DNA of 64,000 nucleotides, from the NCBI GenBank assembly GCA_965112155.1, contig OZ218105.1. One strand, given 5' to 3'. The notes beneath the pieces were generated by a model that saw only the letters and a program-made list of their open reading frames with translations, was not told where the DNA came from and searched no databases. Source of the stretch: Podarcis liolepis. Lineage: Eukaryota. Both the position numbers and the translations under genes were made by a program. Shown here piece after piece: positions 1 through 11,765 of this stretch (position 1 is the first letter of the stretch; each line of letters opens with the position of its first letter).

Positions 1-132
1 TCAAGGAACAGGCATCGCCCAAATAGAAGTGTAAGTGACAGGCATCTCTCTCTTAGCCAGCTTATTTCCAAGAAAATATGGTGCAAGCCATCATTACTAA
101 GATGATGATGATGATGATTTATGTATACCCCA

Positions 133-133
133 C

Positions 134-210
<77 letters not shown>
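133..210. repeat. (TAA)n followed by (TTTA)n microsatellite, the tail of the adjacent L2 copy
   Basis: Direct reading; explains the poly-N/YLF run in ORF 78..332. Confidence 0.95.
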
Positions 211-211
<1 letters not shown>

Positions 212-467
212 CCCTGCCCATCTGGCTGGGTTTCCCCAGCCACTCTGGGTGGCTCCCAACAGAATAAAACATCAAATATTAAAAACTTCCCAAAACAGGG
301 CTGCCTTCAGATGCCTTCTAAAAGTCAAATAGTTGTTTATTTCCTTGACATCTGGTGGGAGGGCGTTCCACAGGGTGGGCGTCACCACCAAGAAGGCCCT
401 CTGCCAACTGCCAGAAGGCCCTCGGAGCTGGACCTCCATGTCCAGGCAGAACGATGGGGGTGGGGAC
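182..467 (-). mobile_element. L2 LINE 3' fragment (lizard family)
   Basis: Reverse complement of the + copy at 62955-63392 (ccagagtggctggggaaacccagccagatggg 3' end, A/T-rich tail). Confidence 0.85.
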
Positions 468-629
468 TTTAGTTCTGGGGATAACCAGGACTAAACTGGT
501 TCATTCAACACAGCAGAGGCCTACTTAAATATGGGGTTCTGTGGCAATGAAGGAGAGACAGCCAAGCCCTCTCCTAGACCTAGCACATCCTCTGCACAGG
601 TGACAAAGCAGACACACAAAAACTCACAT

Positions 630-921
630 CAGAGGCACCAGCTTACGAGGACGATTGGGGGAGCCAACCTCACATTCACAAAGTCCCAAACATGACATCA
701 GGATGTTGGAAGGAGTCGACAGCGGAACCGAACATGGCGGCCACATGGCTTCAATGGCCAGTGGCTCCTCCTCTGCCTCCTCCTGGTGATGCCACTGGTG
801 GGAGGCTGCTTCAACCCTCCTTCCCCTCCCTGCTTTTCAGACATTGTGGGGGCCCGACCCCAACCCCAAAATCATGGGGGTGGAGGCAAAAGGGCTCAGC
901 TCCCTGCAGCTGGCACCCCTG
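630..921. mobile_element. Degenerate non-autonomous hAT element (MITE)
   Basis: Imperfect TIRs cagaggcaccagct / agctggcacccctg; 8-bp flanks actcacat / gctgtcat match 5/8. Confidence 0.55.
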
Positions 922-1558
922 GCTGTCATTAATTCTGGACAAGAATGCAGATAAGCATGTAGGACACTTGTGGAGCATATGACTCTTCTGTTAAAAGTAT
1001 GTGATTTTCCTGTAGGTAGGGCATTATTTTAATGGATAGGTTCTCCATAAATCTGAAGCCCTCTTAGCTCTGATTAAAATTATGTAGAGCAGCACATTCC
1101 TCATTTTCATACCCGCCTCAATGCAAAGTGCTGCATGCTTGTACAAAAAACGCAGAATTTACTCCTTTCCCTAAATATGGAACAGCATTCCTAAATGGGT
1201 TTGGACGCTAATCAAAGAAAAGGAAATGTGTCACATCATCTCCATGAGCTAGCCTTGTTCTCACCCTGTAGTGTGCAGAACTGATGCTATGATCTCCAAT
1301 CTTTCATGTCATGCGAGCTGTGATGTGTAGGTGCCAAAGCAGACCCATAAGGATTGTGTCAGGATAATGTAGCAGCTTGGATCCCAAACGCTCTTTCATT
1401 GATAGTCAGTGCCTGACCACTAATATCCATTTTGATAGAGATCTGATGTATAAATCAGATGGGTATTTATTATCCCAAATATTGCTGCCTTTCATATAAC
1501 AGAAGGTATTCCAAATTCTCACTTTACAGCAAGCCTCTTCCATCAAATCATAATTAGG

Positions 1559-1855
1559 AATAGGAAGCTGCCCTATCAAACATGGGTGCATTTAGTTTAA
1601 TATATCTACACTAGCCTTCCCCAACTTGGTTTGGATGGTTTGGACTACAGCTGACATCTTCCTTGACCATTATCCATGCTGCCTGGGGCTGACAGGAGAG
1701 CACCATACTGAGGAAGCCTGGCTTACTCTGGCAGGCAACAGCTCTCCAGGTTTCAGACAGGAGTCTTCCCCACCTCTGCTGGAAGATGCCAGGGACTGAA
1801 GCCTAGGATCTTTTCACAATGCGCAGCATGTGCTTCACCACTGAGCTATGCCCCT
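1559..1855 (-). mobile_element. tRNA-headed SINE with CR1-like tail, interrupted by a hAT MITE at 1612-1720
   Basis: Minus strand starts AGGGGCATAGCTCAGTGGTGAAGCACATGC (A-box-like tRNA head); similar to 55062-55226 and 57302-57527. Confidence 0.7.
1612..1720. mobile_element. Short hairpin hAT MITE (Charlie/Buster-like family with actacaactcccatc core)
   Basis: Ends tagccttcc / ggaagcctg; flanks atctacac / gcttactc; related to 57362-57497. Confidence 0.6.
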
Positions 1856-2603
1856 CCATTCTGTTACATATTTCAGTTGCATCATTATTAACTATTTGGA
1901 TGTTTCTGCATTTTCTATAACTATGTCTACGATATGTTAATGGCACATATAAATAATAATTTAATACTATGACTGGGATTGAATGTTGTGCACGTGACCT
2001 CTTTAAATGGCAACCCTGTACACACCCTTTGCATGTGAGAAACTGAGCCCAGTCCAGAGATCTGTGCATGCTCAGATGTGCACACAGATCTCTAGCAAGC
2101 ATGCAGATCTGTATTCATTTCAGCAGAGTGAGCCCATCTGTGTGCAGATTGGCTGTCCACTGAAATTAATGGCTATGCTCCCATTTCAGGAGCAGATCAC
2201 TAGGGACAGATGATTTGGCAACAACCATCCAATCACTTCATGTGACCGGAATCCCAATTTTAAGCCATGCCTCCCAGTCTTCTTCTGCTTGCAGCTCTCA
2301 TTTATTCCTGTTATATCTCTCTGAGTGTCATTTACCTCCATGGACTCAAATGCAATTACTTACTGTATTTTCCAGTGGAACAACATCAAGGTAAATACAT
2401 ATATCGGTATTTTGTTTATTTGTTTATTCAACTCATGGACCACTCTTTATAGGAATATCCCAGAGCAATTTACATAATGAATCTTAAAAATACAAAAAGG
2501 GAATCCTTTCAATAGATACAATTAAAACTCTATGGCGTATCCAATACACTGTACAACTAAAGAACAATTTGATCCAAACCACCAGCAGCTTCAGTATAAT
2601 ATT

Positions 2604-2844
2604 TACCACACCTATCAGCCAATCACCCATTCCCACCACCCTTCTGAGTAATACCCCTCCCCACCCTCTCACTATATATAAGGGTCTGGTGACTTCTGTT
2701 TCAGTGTATCTGAAGAAGTGTGCATGCACACGAAAGCTCATACCAATAACAAACTTAGTTGGTCTCTAAGGAGCTACTGGAAGGAATTTTTTTATTTATT
2801 TTGTTTTGACTACGGCAGACCAACACGGCTACCTACCTGTAACT
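2604..2844 (+). mobile_element. Penelope-like retroelement terminal repeat (solo pseudo-LTR)
   Basis: 11-bp direct repeat AGTATAATATT at 2593-2603 and 2845-2855; CCAAT 2619-2623; TATATATAA 2673-2681; hammerhead motif typical of PLE terminal repeats. Confidence 0.85.
2706..2743 (+). ncRNA. Minimal type I hammerhead ribozyme motif
   Basis: gtat-CTGAAGA-a-gtgtgc(at)gcacac-GAAA-gc-TC-atac: stem I gtat/atac, CUGANGA core, 6-bp stem II, GAAA, stem III reduced to palindromic AGCU, predicted cleavage after C2739. Confidence 0.75.
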
Positions 2845-5800
2845 AGTATAATATTAATTCATCAAGCCTCCAGCAAATGCCTGTGTGAAGACATGTGTTT
2901 TCAGCTGACAGCTAAACATAATTATTGATGAAGGCAGTTTTATCTCCATTAGGGGAGAGTACAACAAAAGAGGGGACCACCACTGAGAAGGCTCTGTCTC
3001 ACAGTCCATGTCATAAGCCCTCCCCATCAAAATGAGCCTTTGCTACACGCCACATGGCCTGACATGGCCAATAAAGGGAGGGATGGTCCATCAGGTATCT
3101 GGATCCTAACAGGTTTGGAAAAGTCCTGGGCATGGTTCCCTCCAGCAACCCACCCACATTATGCCTCAGTGGTGCATACCCTCAAAGCTTACCAGGAGTG
3201 GAGGGAACAAGTGGTAGTGCAGGCTTAACAGTCAATGAGATTACAGTGCTAAAAGCAACATCACTCCTAGCTGCCTAGGATTCCCTTAGCTTGCAGAAGC
3301 AGCTATAGCCACTTCATTATCCGCAATGCTACTGAGCTTTCTACCCCCACCCTGAAGATAGCTCACTTCTCTTTCCAGCAGTAGGTCTTTTAAAATTGCC
3401 CAAAGGGACCCTGACATCAGCACATCGTCCTCCACAGCCACCTCCCTCACCAATCCCCAAGCTCTTCTTCTCCGCCAGATCCACAGGCAGCCTTTATGTT
3501 CACTGCCAGAGCCACGCCACCCTCCTCCATCCTACTGACCCCAAGAGACACCTCCAGGCTTTGACTCCCCTGGATCCTGGTGACCTCCTTTCTCTACCAG
3601 CTACCAAATGAAGGGTCTGATTCCCACATGGCTTGGGTCACGTGACTAACTCCTTGCATCGCTTTCTCACAGAGTCAGTTTCCAGCAATGTGTTGTATGG
3701 CACTTTGTGTACAATGCAAACTAAATTAGGAACGGCATTACAGTTTGTACCACCTTTTCTGGAAACCTTTCTTTCTGACACCCCCCCCTTTTTTTTAACG
3801 GTGTGTAGGCAACAGACTAATGACCATTTGCTGATTTCTGCTGCTTTTGAGCAGAGTTTTATGAGCCAGTGGTATTGGCAGTCATAATTGCACTGGTCTG
3901 TTGAGTTTTTTAATCAATGAACTTTATCTCAAAAGTGTTTAATTTTACCTTCATTATGTATGTGTGAATTTTGTGAGGTGTGAGTGTGCATATATTTGTT
4001 CTTGTCGGCATGTAAAGAACTGTACTACACTCACTCTGCTTAGCATACAGTAGAGTACTACAACTTCTCATGAACATTGCTTGTCAACAAAGGAATGCTC
4101 ATATGCAGAGTCTACAAATATTGCCTTCTAAGTGTGTGCTGCATCAAAGTTTTCCGCATTTAAATAGGAATGTCAGTGTGATATGGACTGTGTTTTGCAA
4201 ACAAGTTGTCTGTGAGATGACAAGACCCTCAGCCTCATAGTACATCATGAACACATGGAGCCCAGTCCTATGTCTTCCTGTTCAATGAGACCTGCTCCCT
4301 AGTAAATGTCCATAGGATTGCAGACTTAATCTTTGGTCATCTGCAAGTCTGTCCACAAGCACATTCAATTGCAAGTTATGCAGGAGAACTAAAAGGATGT
4401 CATTTAGCCAATAGAACTTAGACAGAGAATGTGTGTTTAGAAATAGGCATGTTCAGAAATACAGCAACTAGTTTATGCTCATATGAGAAAAAAAAAGAAA
4501 TAAGGATATGGTCCCAGAGACCACCCACCAAAACATCACCACACTCCTCTCCCTCAAAATATGCTAATGAGCCTCCGCGCCAGTGATAACTGCGGGTGTA
4601 CAGTGTGTTATTTTCCTTTATCAGATGTTCTTTGTTAAGGGAAAATCCAGATTAAATGTTTTTTTTTTAAAAGAGTAAGGTTTAATGACAATGACACTGT
4701 GTGTATGCTATGAAAAACTTTTGTACATGAACAGCTTTGTTTACAAAATAAACTCCTGTCTGGAAGCCCATCAGATTAGTTTTGCCATTGTTGTCTTTAG
4801 ATTGTAATGTATTCCAGCTAAGAATTTAATGGGTATCTCCATACTGTATTGTAATGTGTTCCACAGAACTTAATGGGTATCCCTGATACCAAATCCCATA
4901 GCTACAGATTATTCTCAATTCTTGAAGTTTTGATTTGACAGCTTTTGTGACAGACAACTTTTGTGACATTGCATTTCCTCACTTGGGCATAGATCTGCCA
5001 TGTTCAGCTTGAGCAACTACCAACAAAATTGGAAGCATCCAAGGTATGTGTTACATGCCCACTGATCCCAAATGAAAACAGAACAAATTGCTAAACTTCT
5101 TCACAGATACATTAAATCTCCATTCCCAAATATCAAGTTGTTTGGGTCTATTGGACCTAAGTATGCTTAGGATCACAGTCCAAACAATCTGACAGTCTAT
5201 TCAGCAATAAATACAGATTTTTGTATAGGACACAATAGAGCTATACCATTCATTTAATTAAGGTAAAAACATGGCAGCTCATCAAAAATATACAGCAACT
5301 TGTAGCCTCATTTATGCTCCCTAACGTGGGTTACATGTACTTTTCTTTGCTTATTTATTGGGCCCCAAACCCCTTGTGCTGCAGTAAATTATTCCTCTTG
5401 CAAAGGAAAAACAAGACCTATAACTTTCTTTCTTTCTTCAGTTTTCACTCTGTAACCTTTAGTCCTTTCATTCCTACTTTGGGCTACAAGGGTATAAAAC
5501 CTGTAATTAACAACTTCTTTATTGCCTCCGCAATAGTAATTGCCATGTATAGCCTTGAGGTACTAAGAATAAAAGATTGTTTTCCTCCCCCTGGCCCCCA
5601 TATTTAACTAGCACTCAGTAGTTATTATTAGGATCTTGCCAACACTTCACCTTGTGTGATAAAAGTGTAATCCCCACACAGTGACCTCTGCATGCAGAAA
5701 TCAATACTTATGCTGTAATATTTTCCCCTGCTTGCTATTCCAGAGCAGTCGCCAACAACTCCCCCCTCCCCCCCCAAAAAAAACCCAGAGCTTGGAAGAG

Positions 5801-6121
5801 ATTAGATTATCAATTATCATGAAACTGTCTGAAACTTCAAAGGGCTGCGGAAAAGGGGAAACCATAGTTTATCGAGAGTGTAAGTGTCCTGCAATTATCT
5901 TACATGTCACCCAGATGTAGAGCAATGGTTAGGAATGGAAGTGAGGGGGCTGAGAAGGAGGCAGACAAGTTGGGTCTATGCATAGAGCCTGGACCAATGA
6001 AAAAAGTGTGAACACAGCATTTTTGGAAGCTCATACGTGGAAGAAGCATCAGTGCTTGGGGGTCAGAATTAAACAATACATTAGACTCCAAAATGTGGGT
6101 GTAGGGGTATATATATATATA

Positions 6122-6323
6122 CAGTGGTACCTTGGGTTACATACGCTTCAGGTTACAGACTCCGCTAACCCAGAAATAGTACCTCGGGTTAAGAACTTTG
6201 CTTTAGGATGAGAACAGAAATCGTGCTCTGGCGGCGCAGCGGCAGCAGGAAGCCCCATTAGCTAAAGTGGTCTTCAGGTTAAGAACAGTTTCAGGTTAAG
6301 AACGGACCTCCGAGGTACCACTG
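6122..6323 (+). mobile_element. Tc1/mariner (Tigger-like) MITE
   Basis: TIR CAGTGGTACCT(T/C)GG, TA duplication on both sides; three more copies in the window. Confidence 0.92.
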
Positions 6324-6701
6324 TACACATATTTTTCTTGGGACCAACACACTGATTTGCTCTTATTGTACTTCCACAACAGATAGAAATTTGGCACACT
6401 CTTAATCTAAGACATCCTGATTATTAGAAAAAATCTTTAAATAAATCCAATTTATAAATGCAATGCAATTTTCATGTTGAAACCTCAAGACACGAAGTCT
6501 ACATAAGTAGACAATTGCTCATGTACTATTAATACTGATTAATTATGTTGTGGGTTACATTTTTCTTTTATGATAGCTCTCTGCTGGCCACAAGTCTTGG
6601 GTGTGAAAGCAGCTCCAACTTCACAAGGTTGACTTTTGGCAGACTCAGAGATGAGCTAACAGCTCCTACCAACTTTGGAAGGTGCATTATACTGAGTCAG
6701 A

Positions 6702-6883
6702 GACTGTGTACACAATATATGTTTAAAGCATATTTGAAGCATATTCTTTCCCTCAAAGGATTCTGGGCAGTGCAGTTTGTTGAGGATTGCTGAGAACTGT
6801 TACTCTGTGAAGGGCAATCTACAGTTCTTCTGAAGGAAAGAATGAGTTGCAAATGTGTTTTAAAGGTATAGAGTGTAATCAGC
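6702..6883. mobile_element. Degenerate hairpin DNA-transposon MITE (tttaaagca...cccaaagaatcctggg family)
   Basis: Imperfect inverted ends; related inverted copy at ~21575-21700; boundaries approximate. Confidence 0.5.
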
Positions 6884-7484
6884 CAACTGTCTAGTCTATC
6901 TAGCCCAGTATTGTCTTCTCTGATTGACAGCAGATATCTACGGTCTCTCCCATCACCTGACCGTACTTATGGAAAACTGATTTTATGATTATTCATTAAA
7001 ACCATTAATATACAGCTTTTCTTTATTAAAAAAATCTTAAAATAAATTCAAAATGGCTTAACAATAAAAAATACATGCAACACAAAAGTACAGAAATAGT
7101 TCAAATTACTAAAGTCAATTTCAAACAAGAAAACAATTCAGCATCAAAACAAGGAGATGGAGCTGTGCATTTTATATTTGGCTTCACTTAGCAATGGTTT
7201 GGGGGTTTTTTCAAATGTTTAAGGGTTTTTTTGTTAACTTTGTTTGTGTCAAATATGTATTCTGTAGTTGACCTCCTTTGTAATGTTTTGTTTTGAAATC
7301 TTTAAGATAATATTTTAGGTTTTTTTGTTAATTATGTTACTTTGACTGTATACTTCATATTTTACTTTCTTCAGAAATGGTTGATTCTGGATTGTTTTAA
7401 TATGCTGTAAACCACTTTGAGATATTTCTTAAAAATATAAAGCAGTATAGAAATGAAATAAATAAATAAATAATAACACACACA

Positions 7485-8345
7485 AAAATACAAGCTAAAT
7501 AAAAAGGTCTCAGCAGCCCACCAGAAGCTTAAGAGAAAGGGAACTAATGGAACCTCCTAAGGGGAGGAGGTTCCACAACCTGGACAGTTCCTTTCTTGCA
7601 TCCCAATCAATCATACTTTTGATTCTTGGTTAGATGTATTGCAGGACCTGACCTCTGATGTGGGGAAGCAGGGGGCTGACAGGTTTGTATGGGAGGGGAC
7701 AGTCCTTCATACAGCATAGTCTCTAACTGTTAGGGCTTTAAATATATAAATTTGAAGAAGAAAAACTTTGAATTGCACCTGGAAATGTACTGGGAGCCAG
7801 TGGAGATGAAACAAAAACCAAGTGATCACTGGTCAGCAAAGTGAGCTCCAGAAATCAGTGCGACTGTGTTGTTCATACAGAGCCCCCGGTCGTCTCATGG
7901 ACTACTGACCCGTACACCACTAATCCGCTGCCACCAACCAGGTCCTCCCCGGTAAATCACTTAGTCTCAGTCATGTTCTTAAGTTCACAAAGAAGAGTGT
8001 AGTTTACTGCAAACACAAATAAACTTTAACTGCATTCAAAACGTTGTTACTCTTTACCTTCTTAGTCTTATTTTATCCTGTTTCTAACTCTTCTACCTCC
8101 CCTCACACAAGAACCAACTGCACTAAGTGTCTCTCTATTTCCAACTGTCTGCCAATTGCCTTTTCCCAACCAACCAACTAACAAACTAACCTCGGGCTAA
8201 GCCCTTTTATAAACAGGTAGGCTCCGCCTCTGGCTTTTCTATTGGTCTACCTATTAACTCTTTCTCTCCCCCTGTACAGACATTTTCAAATGAACAGGCA
8301 AACGCCACAGCGACCTTCACATTTTGCACCAGCTGAAGCTTCACA
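7485..8345 (-). mobile_element. Old L2 fragment interrupted by a solo LTR
   Basis: L2-like motifs (actttgaattgcacctggaaatgtactgggagccagtg; cattttgcaccagctgaagcttc) on both sides of the 7865-8309 insertion. Confidence 0.65.
7865..8309 (-). mobile_element. Solo LTR, 445 bp (Gypsy/ERV-type)
   Basis: TG...CA termini with short inverted repeat tgtgttgtt / aacgccaca; exact 5-bp TSD GCGAC at 7860-7864 and 8310-8314; minus-strand CCAAT, GC box, TATAAAA. Confidence 0.88.
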
Positions 8346-10226
8346 ACACAGGCCGTTTCACTCTGGAGTGAAGCCCTGAGAACGGTGGGAGGGGGGAATA
8401 TTCACCCAGTATGGCTGTTCACTACAGATTGGCTGAGCTGCTGTGATGTCACAGATCATTCTATGTTGGTAAAGGAAAACAGTGAGCTGCTGCCAGAAAA
8501 AGAAGAGTCAATTTGGTAGGAGGAACAGCTCAAAGAAGAAACCGGGTCAAGAAGGGCTATGTGCTGCATGTGTGTCGGGGGTTGAAAGGGGGGAGCCAGT
8601 TGATCAGAAAAACCAATGGAAGGGCAGAAAAAGACCTGGAAAGGGTACAAAGAATTGACAGATGATTGAAAATGCTATATATTGATTTAAAATAGCCTGT
8701 GCTGCAGATCTTTATACTCACATAACTGCCATGCTGGTATTTTATTGATAAATAGATATGGGATGGTTTCCTTGCCCCCTGAAACTTCCATTTTTATGAA
8801 GGTCAATGGATTGTTAATGAGACTGTCAAATAACGATGCATCATTAGTCAGTAAAACTGCTAGATGTTTGTCCTCTATCATTCCCACAATAGCCTGTGGA
8901 CTTGCACAAGGAACGCAGCATTGCTAGGCAATTTTTTAAGAAACACACAAATGAAAACCTCAGGGGCTGATGTCACTTCCTGGTGCGACATGTGGAGGCT
9001 TTTTTCACAGTCAGGCATGGGAAGTTTTGGTTAGCTTTGTTTTCCAGCGGGACTCAGAAATCTGTGGTTTGACCTGCAATATCTTGAAACTCGGAACATT
9101 GGAAAATGCACGTCATGCTTATTAAAAACACAAAAGAGACCTCTGGCTATACAGCAAGACAACTAAAAAAAAACCCATTTGAATACCATGTAGTCACAAG
9201 TCTGGTTAATGAGTGACTTTATGTTACAAGATATCATATGCTATGCTAAGTAGCATTATTTTTCTAGTTCCATAGAGCGCTCGTTCTGTATTACGATCCA
9301 CTCTGCTGCTGTGTTTTGCCTCAATAGATGCACCAGATATTTACCCTTGAATGTGACACATAAACTCTGGTACTTAATATCAGGACCTTCAGTATGAAAG
9401 CCATGGTTATTCCTCTGAATATTGTTTTAATGAAAATCAGCTGCATAACAGGCAGATTTTTCTACAGGCACCCTGTAACTTTCCCCACATGGACATGAAA
9501 CCAGCAGGGGTGGGGGGCAATTCTGACCGCAAAAAGTGCAAGAAGAGGGGAAGTTAAGCACCCCCTCCCCACACACGTCATCTACTTCCACTTTCAGCCT
9601 CTTTGGGTTGCTTTTTTATTTTTATAAACGTAAGAATTATAGAACCACCCACCACATGTCATGTGAAATCAGGGTGTTGCAAAACTGCTTATTAGCTGGG
9701 TGGCAGTCTGGCTGAATTATATTTTCTTCAGTTCTGTAAACACAGATATAGATATGGAGTGTTGCTGAGTTGCAGTTTTGAATTTTGGTCCTACTGTTCT
9801 TTTAATCTTTCTTGTTTTAAAATATTGCAGTGTTGTTCTTTTTGGTTCTTTTTTAATTGTAAGATAAATAAAAAAAACAAAAAAACTGGACAGGGTTTCT
9901 TAAAGGACCAGGTTTCACCCAGGCAAGACTTCATTCTTTTTTCACTGAGCCTCCAAACAGAACATCTTCTTTTCCCTGGCCTGTTACAATGCTTAACAAT
10001 AAACTGATTGGGGATTCTTTAGAACACTGTTGTTTATTTACTGACTTATGTCATTTCTATGCCACTCAATAACAAAGTTTATTTACCCAGAGGCATCTAT
10101 GTTTTCCATTAATTATTGTTTACCTTATCATTAGCAAACTTGCTTACTGAAGGAAAGGATGAGTTAACTCTCCCTATAGAACAAGCAATGTATTTTACCC
10201 ATTCCACTTGGGTTGCAATAATATTT

Positions 10227-10300
10227 CATGGAATCATAGAATTGTGGAGTTGGAAGGGACCCCAAGGGTCATCTAGTCCAACCCCCTGCAATGCAGGCAT
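10227..10300 (-). mobile_element. CR1 LINE extreme 3' end
   Basis: catggaatcatagaattg tail plus gagttggaagggaccccaagggtcatctagtccaacccc; same as the 3' end at 52592. Confidence 0.85.
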
Positions 10301-11680
10301 TTCAACAATATAGATGCCAGTAGCAAGTCTTCCCAGTAGGGAACCAAAAGAGCCCACCAAAAGAGTCACATTTCTTCCTGTGCAGGCTAAAATAAGGAGG
10401 TGTATACTTTGGCCTTCTGCATCTTGATGCAAGCTTTGTAAAGGCAGCAAATGAATAGGAATTTAGACCTGCTTCAAAAGTTAGTTAACTCCAAAACAGT
10501 GAAATAAAACTTATAATTGATCCCTTCTCCCTAACCTGTATCCTGGGATACTTCCCCTATTTTGATTGTGATATAAAGTAAAATTAAACCTTTGTCACTG
10601 ATTCCACAGAAAAACATGAAACAAAAAAAATAAAAGATTCCTCCAATTTAGACCCAAATAAATTCAGTTTTGGCCCTCTCCTTGTTTTAATTCATTCTGT
10701 TTTATTTATTCATTTTAGTGAATGATTCATCCAGTAAAGATGTGCCGAGAGCAGCTGTATATGATTCACAGAAAATAATAATATGATAATAGTGTTAATC
10801 TGCAGTGATGTCATGGTGCAGAATGATACAATTTCCTGGAAAAAGTGTGGTTAATCAGCTATTTAGGAATTAACCAGATCATATAAACCAGATCTAATTC
10901 AATTCTTGAAAAATACTAATTGTGGTTTTGGTGGTATGTATCAGGATGTGATATTGATTCATACCAAGTGTATTTAAGATGAAAAGAAATGAATATTTGA
11001 TGTGCTATAAATTATTTCATACAATTCCTGTTCTGGAAATTCTTGCTGCCTGGCCCTGATATTTTCCTACTCAACTCTTTTTCCCTACTCAACTCTCTCA
11101 GTTGTACAAGTGGTAATTTTCATACATATGCCGTACAGGGCCCACCTACCTCAAAGTGTGGGTAACAAAGACTCTTGAACTGACATTGTCCTTTTCATCT
11201 GCTGCTTGTTGCAACTGTATGGTTTGCATAAAATGTAAAACTTGGCAAAGTTTTGTTGTCATACACATGCAATATCCATAATGTGCAGGGAGAGATTTCA
11301 ATCAATCTAAGCAAAAGGTAAGACTTGTTACTCATCAAAGCAGGAGTAAACAACATGAGACTTCCATATCACACATCCTGTCTACCACCAATTTTCCACT
11401 GCACAATCCTTTATTTCCATAGGACAGCATGGATACCTCAGCTTTGGTTGGCTAAGTCCGGATGATTGTGGTTGCCATCTTTTCGTCTTTTTTTAATGGT
11501 CCCTAAACAAAGTCTGACACTCATAGATTAAACAGTTGCTGACGCTTTTCCTGAGAGGGCCACAAGCATCACCCGCTTATTTTCCAGATGTCAGGCCGCT
11601 GTCAAAGACACAGGAATGAAGCCAAAACATCATGAGGCAACCTTAGGTATAGCACCCCACATCTCTTGCCTTGACTAGGC

Positions 11681-11765
11681 CGGGGAGTAGAATGGAACCT
11701 GTGACTCTCTAGATCAGGCCTGAAATGGCCGCACCATTTGGAGAGCCACAGGTTCCCCATCCGTG
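11681..11765. mobile_element. Short hairpin hAT MITE
   Basis: Arms gaacctgtgactctctagat / atttggagagccacaggttc; 8-bp flanks gactaggc / gcctagac (6/8). Confidence 0.65.

Larger units (their letters stand above)
2410..3115 (-). mobile_element. Old L2 3' fragment split by the Penelope-like insertion
   Basis: TTTA-rich tail at ~2410; L2-like motifs (accaccactgagaaggctct, gggagggatggtccatcaggtatctgg) resume after 2856; boundaries approximate. Confidence 0.5.

Noticed and set aside
78-332. ORF with poly-M and poly-N tracts
   Set aside because: Translation of (GAT)n, (TAA)n and (TTTA)n microsatellites plus antisense L2.
731-742. YY1-like motif AACATGGCGGCC
   Set aside because: Lies inside the putative hAT MITE 630-921; no independent support for function.
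1790-1855. tRNA-like sequence on the minus strand (also ~52210-52263 and ~55165-55226)
   Set aside because: SINE heads with degenerate stems that continue into SINE bodies; not tRNA genes.
2376-2390. Plus-strand 15-nt microexon-like segment (ttttccAG/TGGAACAACATCAAG/GTAAAT)
   Set aside because: No recognisable peptide, no partner exons, adjacent to an L2 tail; such pairs are expected by chance in 64 kb.
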